The notes beneath the pieces were generated by a model, which searched no databases, had not been told where the DNA came from, and worked only from the letters and a program-made list of their open reading frames with translations. Shown in pieces: positions 53,001 to 64,000 of a stretch of DNA of 64,000 bases. How positions within the stretch are numbered: position 1 is the stretch's first letter; each line of letters starts with the position of its first letter. The DNA comes from Kudoa neothunni (lineage: Eukaryota > Animalia > Cnidaria): positions 13,287,745-13,351,744 of the forward strand of contig OZ199838.1 of NCBI GenBank assembly GCA_964304625.1, read 5' to 3'. The translations under genes were made by a program, and so were the position numbers.

Positions 53001-56000
53001 TCGAGTAAATGGAATTGTTAAAATGTAAATAAATTTTACCGTCTCGCACGACATCGTATAATTATAGGATAATCAATTGAAATCATAAATTGAAATAAAG
53101 GAGGATGGATTAATCAGCTTGCCGCGAAAATTAATGTCAGTAACATATATTTGACAATTGTAATGTAACTCTGAAATCTAAAGCTATTGAAAATCATTTA
53201 AAGAGGGATTTTTAAAATAACATAAATTGGTTATTTATTAGAATAAGAGCGTTTTTACGCAACTTTTAATTTAGCTTATATAAAGAAATGGTATGGATAC
53301 AACATCAAATATTGTTTAAGCTTTATTTTTAAATGTTTTTCTTCTGAAATTGTGTTGAGAAAAAAAATAAAAATTATAAATTAATTAAATTACCAGAGGT
53401 TCCAGCAATTGAATCCAAATCCTTATCCATTTCTACTAGGCTAGGATCAGTTTTTAGTCTCGACGAGATTTCTTTATTGAAGTCATCATTAGACGACGGT
53501 AAAATTGGGGCTGAAGGAGCAGTTGTTTTATTGGATTCTACACATTAAAATTATTATTAATACGGTGTAAAATATAAGTATATTTATTTAAAATAAAAAA
53601 CGAATATATTCAAAAGATTAATTTAAATAAATATTTTTTATTAAAAGATTCTTAATTGAATTATATAAAACGATTAAATGTCTCAAATAAGTTAATATTT
53701 AATGCTACAGTAGTAAAAAACCTACCCAAAACACTTTGTTTCAACACAGCATTCAAAATGGCATCCTCAAGTGAGTTTCTTGTGCGTCTATGACCTCCAC
53801 CTCCGATGCTGGGAATGAGTAGTGAATTAGGACTGGTTTCCCGTTCACTTTTGCTTCTAGTATTGGTAGTTGCTGATTTGGGTTGAACACCTTTAGAAGG
53901 CATCAAATTGGATTCTTTTTGTTGCAAATTCTTCGAATCTAGTGGGATTGGACTGGCATGACTCTCATTATTTATAGTGGAATTCGGCAACGAAGGAACC
54001 AATTTTTCGGAAGAGCGTTTAGAAGCTGTTAACAAAATAATGATTAAAAATAAGAATTATAAAGTGTCAACCTTCTTCAGTATTGGTTGAACTAGCCGCT
54101 AGTAATTTGGCTTTGTTTGCCGCTTGTTGTAGATGTTTTGTAGGAGGTCGTCCCTTTGGACGTTTTTGAATTACAACACCAGCGTTATCCTTTTGTGAAT
54201 TGGTTTTGATAGATTCATCCGATGATACAGTTCTAACTAAATCCTTGGAGGAATCTTTCGATGCCGAGTTTGGTACATTATTTTCAGCTAGAGTATTTAA
54301 AGGATAATTAGAGAATGGCATCACATCAAACAGATTGCTACATTTTGGTGATTTGGATGAGTGATGCAATTCTTCATGAGGTAATTCAACAAATTTAGCC
54401 TTGATCCACTCATCAAATCTAGAATTCCATCCTTTGTAATGCACATAATAGTCAAAAGAAGTGGCGGTGGGGCGAACTGTCACGACCTGGAAGAATGTGT
54501 ATTTGAGATCAGCACAAATAGAATACCTTCGCGGGGTAGTAATCTAGTTTGTTGGATTGGCTATATCTCACCATTACACACGTTCCAGCTTGTATAGGAT
54601 GGATTTCCGAGTTACGATAACCTCTATCGCTGTTGGAGGTTTGTTTTTTCCTACCAGTACTCGCTAAAAGTATATCCATTAGAAAGTTGTTCAGTGGCAC
54701 AGTTGGAATCAACTCAATAAAACCGGACTATGCTATTTCGACAACTCAACATACATTTCTCTCATATATTTAATCACAAGTAATTAAGGTTAAACTTACA
54801 TTTGATTCTTAATCAAAGTATAAATATCTTATATCGATTAAGAAAGGAATGATCATAGGTCCTAAAATATATCCAATCTTAGACCAGAGCTTTAATCTAC
54901 ACATCAGGCTTTGAATATCCACGTATACATAGTTGAATCTCACATTAATTACAAAGGGCAGCTGATAAATTTGATAAAGATTATTTATTTCGAACCGAAT
55001 TTAGCCCAAATAATTGAATAAAGTTGCCTCAAAGAACCTTTTAACATGATTTTATCATTTGTGTATTTAAGATAAATTTTTTGAATAATTTATTTAAACG
55101 TTAATCATCCGCGAATACATCAGAATGAAAATGAGAAAAATAGTCTCAACCTAATGTTATAACTTATAAAGAACGTTTAAGAAATGAAATAAATCAAGAA
55201 AATTAGAAAAATTCAATACCAATTAGCTACGATAGATTCTCGCACCCCTGCCCTGGATGGGAGGGGAAGTCCTGTCTTAAATTCAGTTTAAAATTGAATA
55301 CCTTATATAAAATCTCTCACTTAAAATTTATATGCAACGAACGCAAATTCTTCTAATAATCTTCTCTAGTCAAATATACATAGAAGGGATTAAATTTCAG
55401 AGTCGAAAGACATCTCCTTATGCTTATAATAATAAGTGTACGAATAATTTAGAATAAAATAATCTATAAGTTACAACCTATTACCGAACGGTAGCACTTG
55501 TATTTATTAAACAAATCTCAACCATTGAAATTTTCTACAAAATCAAAGAATGAAACTATGATACAATTGGATAATGAAAATTAAGTCTCATTAGACATTG
55601 CATACAGTAAGTAACCAATTTCACGCATTTCTTAAAAACTTATTTAGAGAGAAAATTGATCGGTCGTAGTTTATAAAATATGTTTTTTATATTTCAATCA
55701 AAATTTTTACAAAAATTATTGTAAAAATTTCTAAAAAGTGTAACTAAAAATCACGCGACTGACCAATTTCAAGCATCTTTTTCCGATATTTTTGGCTTAT
55801 GATTTAGCAAAATCAATATTTAACGCCAAAAAACTCCTAAAATTATAAATATTGCGGAAAAGCACAATATTATTAAATATCACGGGATCCTCCCATCTAA
55901 CGATGTAAAAGCTGCCATTATATCACATATTGAAATATCTACTATCTCAACTCTGACTGACATCCTAAAGTTGAAAAATCAAATAATCAAAACCTATAAG

Positions 56001-58819
56001 TGTTTTTAAGAATCTAAAAATAGAAAATATTTTCATGCTGGACAATTTCATTCTTTCAATAAAAATGTACGTGTTAACACGAAAAGATATTGTAATAAGC
56101 GCCGCCACTATAACTATCAAGAGAAATTAATAGTTGAAGAAAAAGGTTCACCGCCTTTAAACGCAATTCTGAAATGGTTTCGTTGTTTTGAAAAAGGTCC
56201 AACATTTTAAAATAAAACTTTATTAGTTAATCTGTTGACGCTACGCCTGAAACAACTTCAGAATGGATCAATCAAATCATAACACTTTGCAAAGGATACT
56301 CTGAACATTGTATTTACAATGTAGACAAAACTGTTTTATTCCACCAGCAGCACCAAGGTGGGTATTCATAGTTTTCTAAAAAATAGTTTTTTGCTGATAT
56401 CACGTTTCTTGGGTTAAAATTCTTTTAAAAATGAATATATAACTAACTGATCTTTTTAAGAGCAACTTAATCATTATTAAAGATCAATTTTTTCTGGAAT
56501 AATTACGCACACGGGTAAGTGAAATTAGACGTCATCAGTTTGGTGCACTTTTTTCCCTGGCCCCGAGGGGATTGCGTGAAATTAATTTCTAGCTGTACAA
56601 ATAATACCCAATGGAATAATTCTTCCAATTAAAGATATTAAAGAATCCTAAAGGTTTTCACAAACGTCATTACCGAAATATTATGGAAAAGTCAAAAATA
56701 CTACAAAATTGGTTAGGATAAATCTGATCTCATTTCAATTATAAATCAGTTTTATGGCGTACTGTTATTCAAAGGTTATTGTGTAATTAGTTTAGCGATA
56801 TTTACAAAAAGTTAAACTGTTATTCTCCTGTTAAATTTAAGCAACTTACAATAAGACGAATCACTTCTGCTATCCTCATCATCATTTCTCTCAGAACGAT
56901 ACTCATCTAATAGTTAACAATATTAACAAATAATTAAAAGGAAGGTGAATTTGTTACCACCATTAGATCTATCAAGCAGCTCATCGGATGAGTGTAAAGT
57001 GTGAGCTCGTTTAGCTTTACGAATAGGAGTAGTAGGAACAGATCGTTTTTTTGGAAACCCTCTTTTTCTTGTACGTTTCAATGTTGTAAAACCAGTTTCC
57101 ACAGGTTCGTTTTTGTAAAGCTTGGGGTATTTTTTCATCAATTCATCAGAGTCCAATTTGTATGAGGTCAAGTTGATTAGAACATCAGTTTCTTGGTCGG
57201 ATTTATTGTCGCTTTTGTTGAAAAATTCACCAACTTGTGACATGTACAAACAACATTTTTTCGTGGATTTTGAATTATTATGAATTATATAAGGTTGTAG
57301 CCATCTATTGAAGAATCGTTTCAAACAACAAAATGTCGCAGGGACAGCATTTTGCAGCTTGAGAGTAAGCGCAACTTCTTTCCATCTTTTGGTTTCGCTC
57401 ACCTACACAGTCACAAATTGATAACCATTTTCAGCGCCAACCACAAATAACATACAACATCAGAGCCTCCCATCTTAGAAACACAACGAAGCAATTGATA
57501 AATATCAACATTATTGTCTTTGATTGAGGGATACTTGAGGAAAGGAAATCCTATAATTATTACAATTATTAACAAAATTCCATCCAATCCAACATAAAAT
57601 TCACAGAGACGGATCAAAATTACCAATTATTTTAGAGTGTAACTCGATATGCATTATTTCAATCACATCACATAAATTGAGACTATCGTGTGGCTTAAGG
57701 AGAACGCTCTCACCGATAAGTCGGGCAACCATTTCATTAATCGGTTCATCACTTGCAGCCTCAGAACCAGATTCATTATCTTCGGACGCTTCAGATGATT
57801 GTGAATAATTTTGAGCTTTATTCATTTCCCCGTTTATATCTAACAATAAAACCGATATCACATGAGCAATCATTTAATCAATCAATTAATATTATTACTA
57901 CTCGTACAACTATATCGTAGTTGCAAAATGCACCAATAAATATAAATTTAATCAACTTTGCAAAACATACATTCAGTGAGTGGATTATCATTCCGTAGAT
58001 TGGATTGGCTTTTGGTAGACGATGATGCACTTCTGGATCTTGCTGTGTTTGAATTTTTCGAATCATTAAAACTCATCTCGAGTGCATTCACAATAAGAGA
58101 TGATTCGTTAGGATCCATAGAATCCAATGATGATAGCAACGAATTGAATGTGTTTCGTTTGCCTGGCAACGGCACCAAACTATCATCTCGGGACCGATTA
58201 AGGTTGTCTGAATGATGGTGGGCGGTTTCCTCGGTAACCTTAATGGTTTCCGATTGAAGATAACCAGTATCAACAGTGTTATCGGTTGGCAATTTCTTAA
58301 CCAACAATTGACGTCTTTTAGCGTACCCATAATCACCATCGTAAAAATCCAATTTGTAGTTGGACACATCAATCACACTTTTGATTACACCCACCACTTT
58401 CTTACCATCAATAGCACAAATCACCTCATTTTCAACCTTAAATAATAATCCAACATCAATATATAGCTACAATTTAATAAAATACATTTAGATCGCCTTC
58501 TATGTGTCGGCTGTCTACACTAACAACAGTGAAATCGCCATCTTTCACATAACCAACCTATTAAACCAATCCACAATAAAATAATGAGAATAATCGTGAC
58601 CAGTAAGAGTAATAAAACACAAATACTTTACACTTTAACTTTTTATCAACTGCTACCACAGTTGCATCGTGAAAATTTCCTTTAAAACGAGCATTTACCA
58701 AACTTCCGACGGGTACTGTATCCGATAACGAATAGTTGGACACCTAAACTCATTTCAACACAATGAAAACCAAAATATGGAATCATTAAATATCGAATAT
58801 TTTTGTAGGATACATTCAT
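50043..58819 (-). CDS. ARID4: ARID4-like (RBP1/SAP180) chromatin protein: Tudor, ARID, chromobarrel, C-terminal coiled coil; multi-exon
   Basis: VGSLVNARFKGNFHDATV (compare ARID4 VGTDVSAKYRGAFCEAKI). ARID domain VDIYQLLRCVSKMGGSDVVSETKRWKEVALTL. Chromobarrel YYVHYKGWNSRFDEWIKA. C-terminal IQQSYQKVKQKLRKLERGRKK. Some internal exon boundaries are uncertain. Confidence 0.88.
55605..56595 (+). mobile_element. Deleted pogo/Tigger element inside an ARID4 intron
   Basis: Imperfect TIRs CAGTAAGTAACCAATTTCACGCA / TGCGTGAAATTAATTTCTAGCTG with TA flanks. Remnants LKWF and IYNVDKT. Confidence 0.72.
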
Positions 58820-59241
58820 AATTATTTAGACTCCTCCCAAATAAAGCCCGGACGGTGTAACACGAAAACTAGCGGAAATTAAACTCGTTCAAAGAGGCAT
58901 ATTTGTACTGAGTCGTTTAAAACATGAATAATGGCGTTATTCATTCTAAAATTCTGCCAACACAGCACAGACAAATTTTTCATAATGCGATTATGAATTA
59001 CGATGAGTTGTAGTGATACGTCAGATTCTACTCATTTTTTTATTCGGGAGTCAATTGCGTAAAGCAAAACAATGTTCTCTGCCTTCAGAACATATTTTTT
59101 AAGCTAGTTTTTAAAAATATTAGCTACAAAATACATTGAGATTTTCGGCGCGGATTTTTGAGTTAGTTCGAAACAATAAGTGCTGAGACATTGAGCGGCG
59201 AGAGAGGCGCTTTATTCCACACAAAGATGAATAGTCAATAG

Positions 59242-60400
59242 CAGCGCTGCCAACCCGAATCGGACATCCAGACAAAGCAGAATTTTTTGTAAAAACGGAA
59301 CTAATATTTAATTATATGTATAAATATTACGTTAATTTATAATTAACTCAGAAACCTCAAATCCATGACATCAATTGATCGATGTGTTGGAAAAATTCCT
59401 CATTAGAACAAGATTATCTAATGTAGAGCACAACATTCTATTTCTTCTGATGTGTTCGATAATTCCAAAAGAGAAGATGCTCTTTCCGGAGAAGCGTTAA
59501 TCAGAGCTAGAGGAAGTAAAGATGTGCTGTATTTTTCGATAGAACTGAAATTTATTTGCCGATAAACAATAGGAAAAAATGCAGTTGTTAATAATCTAAT
59601 CAAACAAACTTTGTTTTTGAGCCTGTTCAATTCCTTTAATTTCAAACAATACTATTACAGTCTATTGTTCGACTTTTGAATCTCACGTAACAACTACACC
59701 TAGATCGGGTTTTATTTGTATGTGACACCATTCATTCATTAAAATTAAGAAAATTTAGTCAAATAGATAATATTTAGTTAAATTTTAATTTGTTTAGATA
59801 ATACCTAAAATTAGGACTTTTTGACAATTGATAACAAACACTTGTAATGATAACTTAGCATTGGATATCATCAACATCAGAGTCCTTTTTTAAATTCAAG
59901 CATTCAGAATTCAAACACAAAAATCTCCTCGTAATAATTCCAAAATGGTTCATGGTAATGATAAAACTGTATATTGTCGCCAATAATGGTAAAAAATCAA
60001 AAATGTTGGTCTTAACAGGAATATAAAATTTAAAAATATGTTCATTTTGATAAATTTTTGGCATGTTTTTCTAAACTCAATTTTTGTATTACGTGGGCTT
60101 TAAGATTCATTAATATTTCTAATTGTATCTTGCGTTTGTTGAACTTCTATTGCAGACATTTTAATTCGAAATAAAGCATTGTTCCAAATATAGAATGTTC
60201 TACTCGAAGATTTCTCGTAATGAAATCAGCAACGATTAAATTCCATTTTTTGTGAAATTGCAAAAGCTCCGTATCATTGAAACCTTTTTTTTTGCGATTA
60301 TTCAGTCTTTCGAAGAACAAGAGTAAAAATTGGGCAAAATAGGACAAACAAAAATCGGGCATGTTTGGCAACACTGGTCGATGGATTAGGGGATTAGTTT
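59242..60400 (-). mobile_element. hAT transposase remnant with a terminus
   Basis: Terminus CAGCGCTGCCAACC. Across a frameshift the minus strand reads SLLPLALINASPERA...IRRNRMLCSTLDNLVL, the hAT C-terminal dimerisation pattern ER.FS...RNR...LD.L. Confidence 0.72.
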
Positions 60401-60482
60401 TTACAATATGTAATTAAAAAGCTGACTATCTAAAATAAACTTGCACTTTGCTCAGTTTAATGTGCTTATGATATAGTTAGAG

Positions 60483-61059
60483 TGGGGGTTCTCAACAATT
60501 TTTCAAATTTACCCCCTTAACTTGGAAGTCATATTCATATTGACTTTAAGGTTTTATTCCAGTTTAACTATGGCGGAGGCTATTTGAAGGACAAATTCTG
60601 GTTATAAAAGAAAGGTATGCACGTTTTCATAATAACAATTTTTACTCCTACCAACTCTTACTCACAAGCTGTCTACAGATTTTATCTTTTAGATTTGGCT
60701 AAATTAAATTATTTATATCCCAATCCATCGCTCTTAAAGTCAGTCAATTAAAAATAGTCAAAACTAGTGACACCTAAATATTTTTAACCATGCAAATAGC
60801 CACTTTAAGTGTCTTAGTTAAATCACCAAAAGATAAACGAGCCATATAAAAAAGACACCGATTATGGTTTTATAAATAGTTGTTAAATATTCATTCCTGA
60901 AAATATTTTAAGCAGTTCTTCAAACTTCTAATTGAGTATAATAGCCCTGAATAGTATAATTCCTCAGATATCCTTAAGTACGTCACAAAATCATTTAAGC
61001 AAAAATTTCCCCTATCAAATTTTGACGTCACTTAATTTGACTCCGGCTGAGAACCCCTG
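60483..61059 (-). mobile_element. hAT MITE copy 4
   Basis: TIRs TGGGGGTTCTCAAC / GCTGAGAACCCCTG. TSD AGTTAGAG / AATTAGAG. Confidence 0.88.
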
Positions 61060-61455
61060 AATTAGAGCATTTCTTAAAAATCGACTCTTAATCCTCTGAA
61101 TACGGTCCTACTTTGTTTGTCAGAAAATCGCACTATCCGAATTATTTTTTAATTTATTTAAAATTGATGCTTATTGTAAATAAAAAAACCTGTTTAACCA
61201 AAATTTCAGTATCCGAACGGTAAATGCCAGGTCCCCAAATTTTCGAATAATCCAAATCCGGCTGTAACGATATAGATTTTTTTCTCAACTTTAAAACGAT
61301 CTTATATCGTACTTGACTTAAGTTGGGACTTTTTCAATTAAGATTTTCAAACTTTTACAACTTTAATTAGGAATTTATTATATATATATATATATATACA
61401 TATGCGTCCGAATGAAATCAAGAAAGAAACAATCTACCATTATTAAATTTATATA

Positions 61456-62867
61456 TAGGGTTTCATTTATACTCGGCACTTTTGCATTCAATCTCAGCAG
61501 TTTTGCACTTAATCTCAGCACCTCAACAGTAGTATTCAAATTTTTTAATATCTCGCGTTAGTTGAAAAAAGTTTTTTTTGTTCAATTATTTTTATATTAT
61601 TAAGAGATTGAATTCACTAGATGAACCCTAATAACAGAGATCATATCGTTGAATCTGAGAGCTCCATATCCGATGATATCGAAATTTCTAATATACCAAC
61701 ACACAAAGAAAAAAGAAAGCTGCGAAAAACTATTTCTTCCGACTTAATAGAACAAATGTTTAATTTCTGTTTAAGTGGAAGGAGTAATACTTACATTGTT
61801 TCCGAAATGCATCTACCAAGATCCACTGTGTAGGGCATATTATCAAAGTTTCGCGAAACCGGAACACTAGATGCAAAATCTAGAGGCGGAAAAAGACCTT
61901 CACTCCTCTCTCCTGATCAGAAGGAAAATATTATCAGGTGGGTGGACGACAACTCTCAAATTATGTTGAAAGAACTTAAACAAAAAGTTAATGACGAGTT
62001 TGGAATAACAGTGTCCCTAAGCACGATAGACAGAGTTATCGGCAAATTTCATTACACTTTAAAATCCCTCGTAAGGGTCCCCGAGAGAAAAAATTGTGAG
62101 ACGACGCTTCAAAAGAGAATTGAATATGCTGAGATGTTCAGAGACTTAGAAACCAATGTACCACATGAAAGTATTGTATTTCTCGACGAAGTCGGATTTT
62201 CAGTGGTCACAAAACCTAAAAGAGGTCGCTCTTTGAGAGGAACTTCCGCATACTGTTTTGTTTCTGCTTCTTTCTGCAGAAACATATCTGTAGTTGCTGC
62301 AATCAACAAAAAAGGCATCATATATAGTAAGAAACACGCGCGAGCGTTTTCAGGTGAGGATTTTAAAATTTGTCCACAGGAACTAACATCCAACTGTGTA
62401 TCAAGTGGTATTGATAATCCTGTTTTCGTTATGGACAATGCGAAAATACATCATTATAAGGGACTAAAAGAATTAAACCTTCAACAAAAATTCACGATAA
62501 GATATTTACCTCCGTATAGTCCATTTCTGAATCCAATAGAGAATGTATTCTCTGTTTGGAAAAATCTAGTTATCCGCAGACAATGTCAAAATGAAAACGA
62601 GTTGAAGAATGCGATAAATAAGTGTTTCCAAGAAATCACATCCCAACATTGTCACGGTTTCTATCGCAAAATGTTGGGTTACGTCACCAGGTCTTCTAGA
62701 GGCGAAATTATTCTAGAATAATAATTTTATTGAGGTTATTGGAATAAATATAATGCATATTTTTTTCTCCGGTTCATGATTTCTATGCATTCACACAAAT
62801 TTAAAGACTAAACGCGAATACGCTTAATTTAAATTGCAAAAATGCCGAGTATAAATGAGAAACCCTA
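61456..62867 (+). mobile_element. IS630/Tc1-mariner DD34E transposon, nearly intact (ORF 61621-62721 with a single in-frame TAG at 61831-61833), no intron
   Basis: TIRs TAGGGTTTC(--)ATTTATACTCGGCA / TGCCGAGTATAAATGAGAAACCCTA with TA flanks. HTH region, then IVFLDEVGFS and VMDNAKIHH...LPPYSPFLNPIE. ORFs 61621 and 61942 share one frame. Confidence 0.95.
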
Positions 62868-62879
62868 TAATAACAATAA

Positions 62880-63864
62880 CTACAAAATATCGCTTTCTTG
62901 GAGGGCGATAATGTCAAAAGTAAAAACGGTGTTGAATTGGTGTCTCATTTCTTCAAGTTGTGTATTAATTGATTTTAGTTGTCCAGGTTCTAAAGTGAAT
63001 ATCTATAATTGATTGAGATTAATGTTTTGTTCGCAAAATTGATTCAATCTTATACAAATGCAGTTTTGTTGAGAGAGCCGTCTTCAATTTTATCAACTAA
63101 TTCAACTTTTTGGTTATTATCTGTGGTTGAATTAAGAAAACCATCCATTTGTAGAGCGAATTCGCTATCGCAAACGATTTTGGCTTTAATTCTACTCCGA
63201 ACCAACGGCATATTTTTTTCCAGCAATTTAATTACCTCTAATGCCTTTATTCATTCATAAATAAATAAAGATTCTATCCTATCAGCAATAACCTGTTGTT
63301 TCACATTCCTGTTGATATTTATGGAGAATCCTGAATCTCTCATAGCTTTCTCGATAATAGATTGTGGATAGGGTTTTTTTGATACAGGATTGATTGTTTT
63401 AGTAGACACCACATGTGCTATATCGAGAAATTGGTTGTTGATCAATTCTTTGCGTTCTTTTTCTGACAAATTATATTCACCCTTTTGAAGTATCTATTCG
63501 ATTTTATTCCAGATTATTCAACTAAGAAATATACCTCTTTACACACTTCCAGCATATCATCGGTATTGAAACAGGCCTTGATATCTTCACTTTTGGCGAT
63601 CGTACCTTTGATTGCATTTGAAAATACTTGAACCGTCTGAAGAACTTCATTGATATCTTTTTCACTAAAAACACAGGAAACAACAATTTTGAATTAGTAT
63701 TTGGGTGGAAAATAAAATTAAGTTATAAAATACTGCCCGTTCCTCCAAGAGGAAACTTTATTCATGTAACATGCGACCTCAAATCTTTTGCCGCATTTTT
63801 TAAAACGAACAACCGACACATTAGTGTATCGAATTTGATTGGTGGGGGTGAAAAGATTGACCAT
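62880..63864 (-). CDS. SBDS: Ribosome maturation protein SBDS, 5 exons
   Basis: Spliced translation [53 protein letters not shown]...[14 protein letters not shown]...[18 protein letters not shown]...KQQALEVIK...*. Introns are GT-AG. Confidence 0.96.
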
Positions 63865-64000
63865 GTTTTTCTAACATACGCATGCGTGAAATATTTTTAC
63901 TCTTATTGGATTATTATTAGTCTGATCTGCAACATTGTGAATAATTGAAAAAAGCGAGTGACCATTTGTATGGTAAATAAAATTCAGGTGACAATAGGTT

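Noticed and set aside
54800-54965. Open stretch LPFVINVRF...LWSKIGYILG as an extra ARID4 exon
   Set aside because: It ends in a stop before the donor-like site, and the flanking exons already join in phase without it.
58745-58813. U12-type intron in ARID4 (donor GTATCCTAC)
   Set aside because: It matches RTATCCTT only partially, has no TCCTTAAC branch site, and GTAT donors are common in this window.
38585-61833. Possible stop-codon reassignment, suggested by in-frame TGA/TAA/TAG in transposase ORFs
   Set aside because: The stops replace different residues (W, G, Y) in decaying elements, and host genes terminate normally with TAA, TGA and TAG.
4733-63948. Many short ORFs in the supplied track (for example 5082-5399, 38978-39196, 62109-62438, 63628-63948)
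   Set aside because: They are antisense or alternative-frame shadows of real exons and transposases with no recognisable motifs.
1-64000. CRISPR array, tRNA, rRNA or prokaryotic operon
   Set aside because: No regularly spaced repeats or RNA-gene signatures were seen by eye, and the genes are spliced eukaryotic genes. A covariance-model search was not run.

Overview
AT-rich eukaryotic (animal) genomic DNA with very short GT-AG introns (mostly about 35-70 nt), divergent proteins and dense transposon debris. The style suggests a compact parasitic metazoan such as a myxozoan cnidarian; this is inference and was not verified. Eight host genes could be reconstructed by hand: ADF/cofilin (+), SEC13 (+), an MFSD1-like transporter (-), UBXN6 (-), Derlin-1 (-), POLR1C/RPAC1 (+), ARID4 (-) and SBDS (-). 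There is also a possible unrecognised gene fragment near 30.1-30.5 kb. The rest is mostly DNA transposons: three IS630/Tc1-type DD34E elements, several piggyBac and pogo/Tigger elements, a four-copy hAT MITE family, hAT transposase remnants, a Merlin/ISXO2 element with a solo LTR inside it, MULE remnants, and a GC-richer non-LTR-like fragment. The main observations are these. Two divergent Tc1-like transposases share a mini-intron at the homologous codon, which the third lacks. A piggyBac > Tigger > piggyBac nest sits at 37.4-44.1 kb. The hAT MITE shows an orientation-linked target site. UBXN6 and MFSD1 carry intron-less frameshifts, most likely errors, although recoding is not excluded. Derlin-1 has a GC-AG intron. 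A nearly intact Tc1 lies about 12 nt past the SBDS stop codon. No tRNA, rRNA, CRISPR or clearly novel multi-gene system was found.
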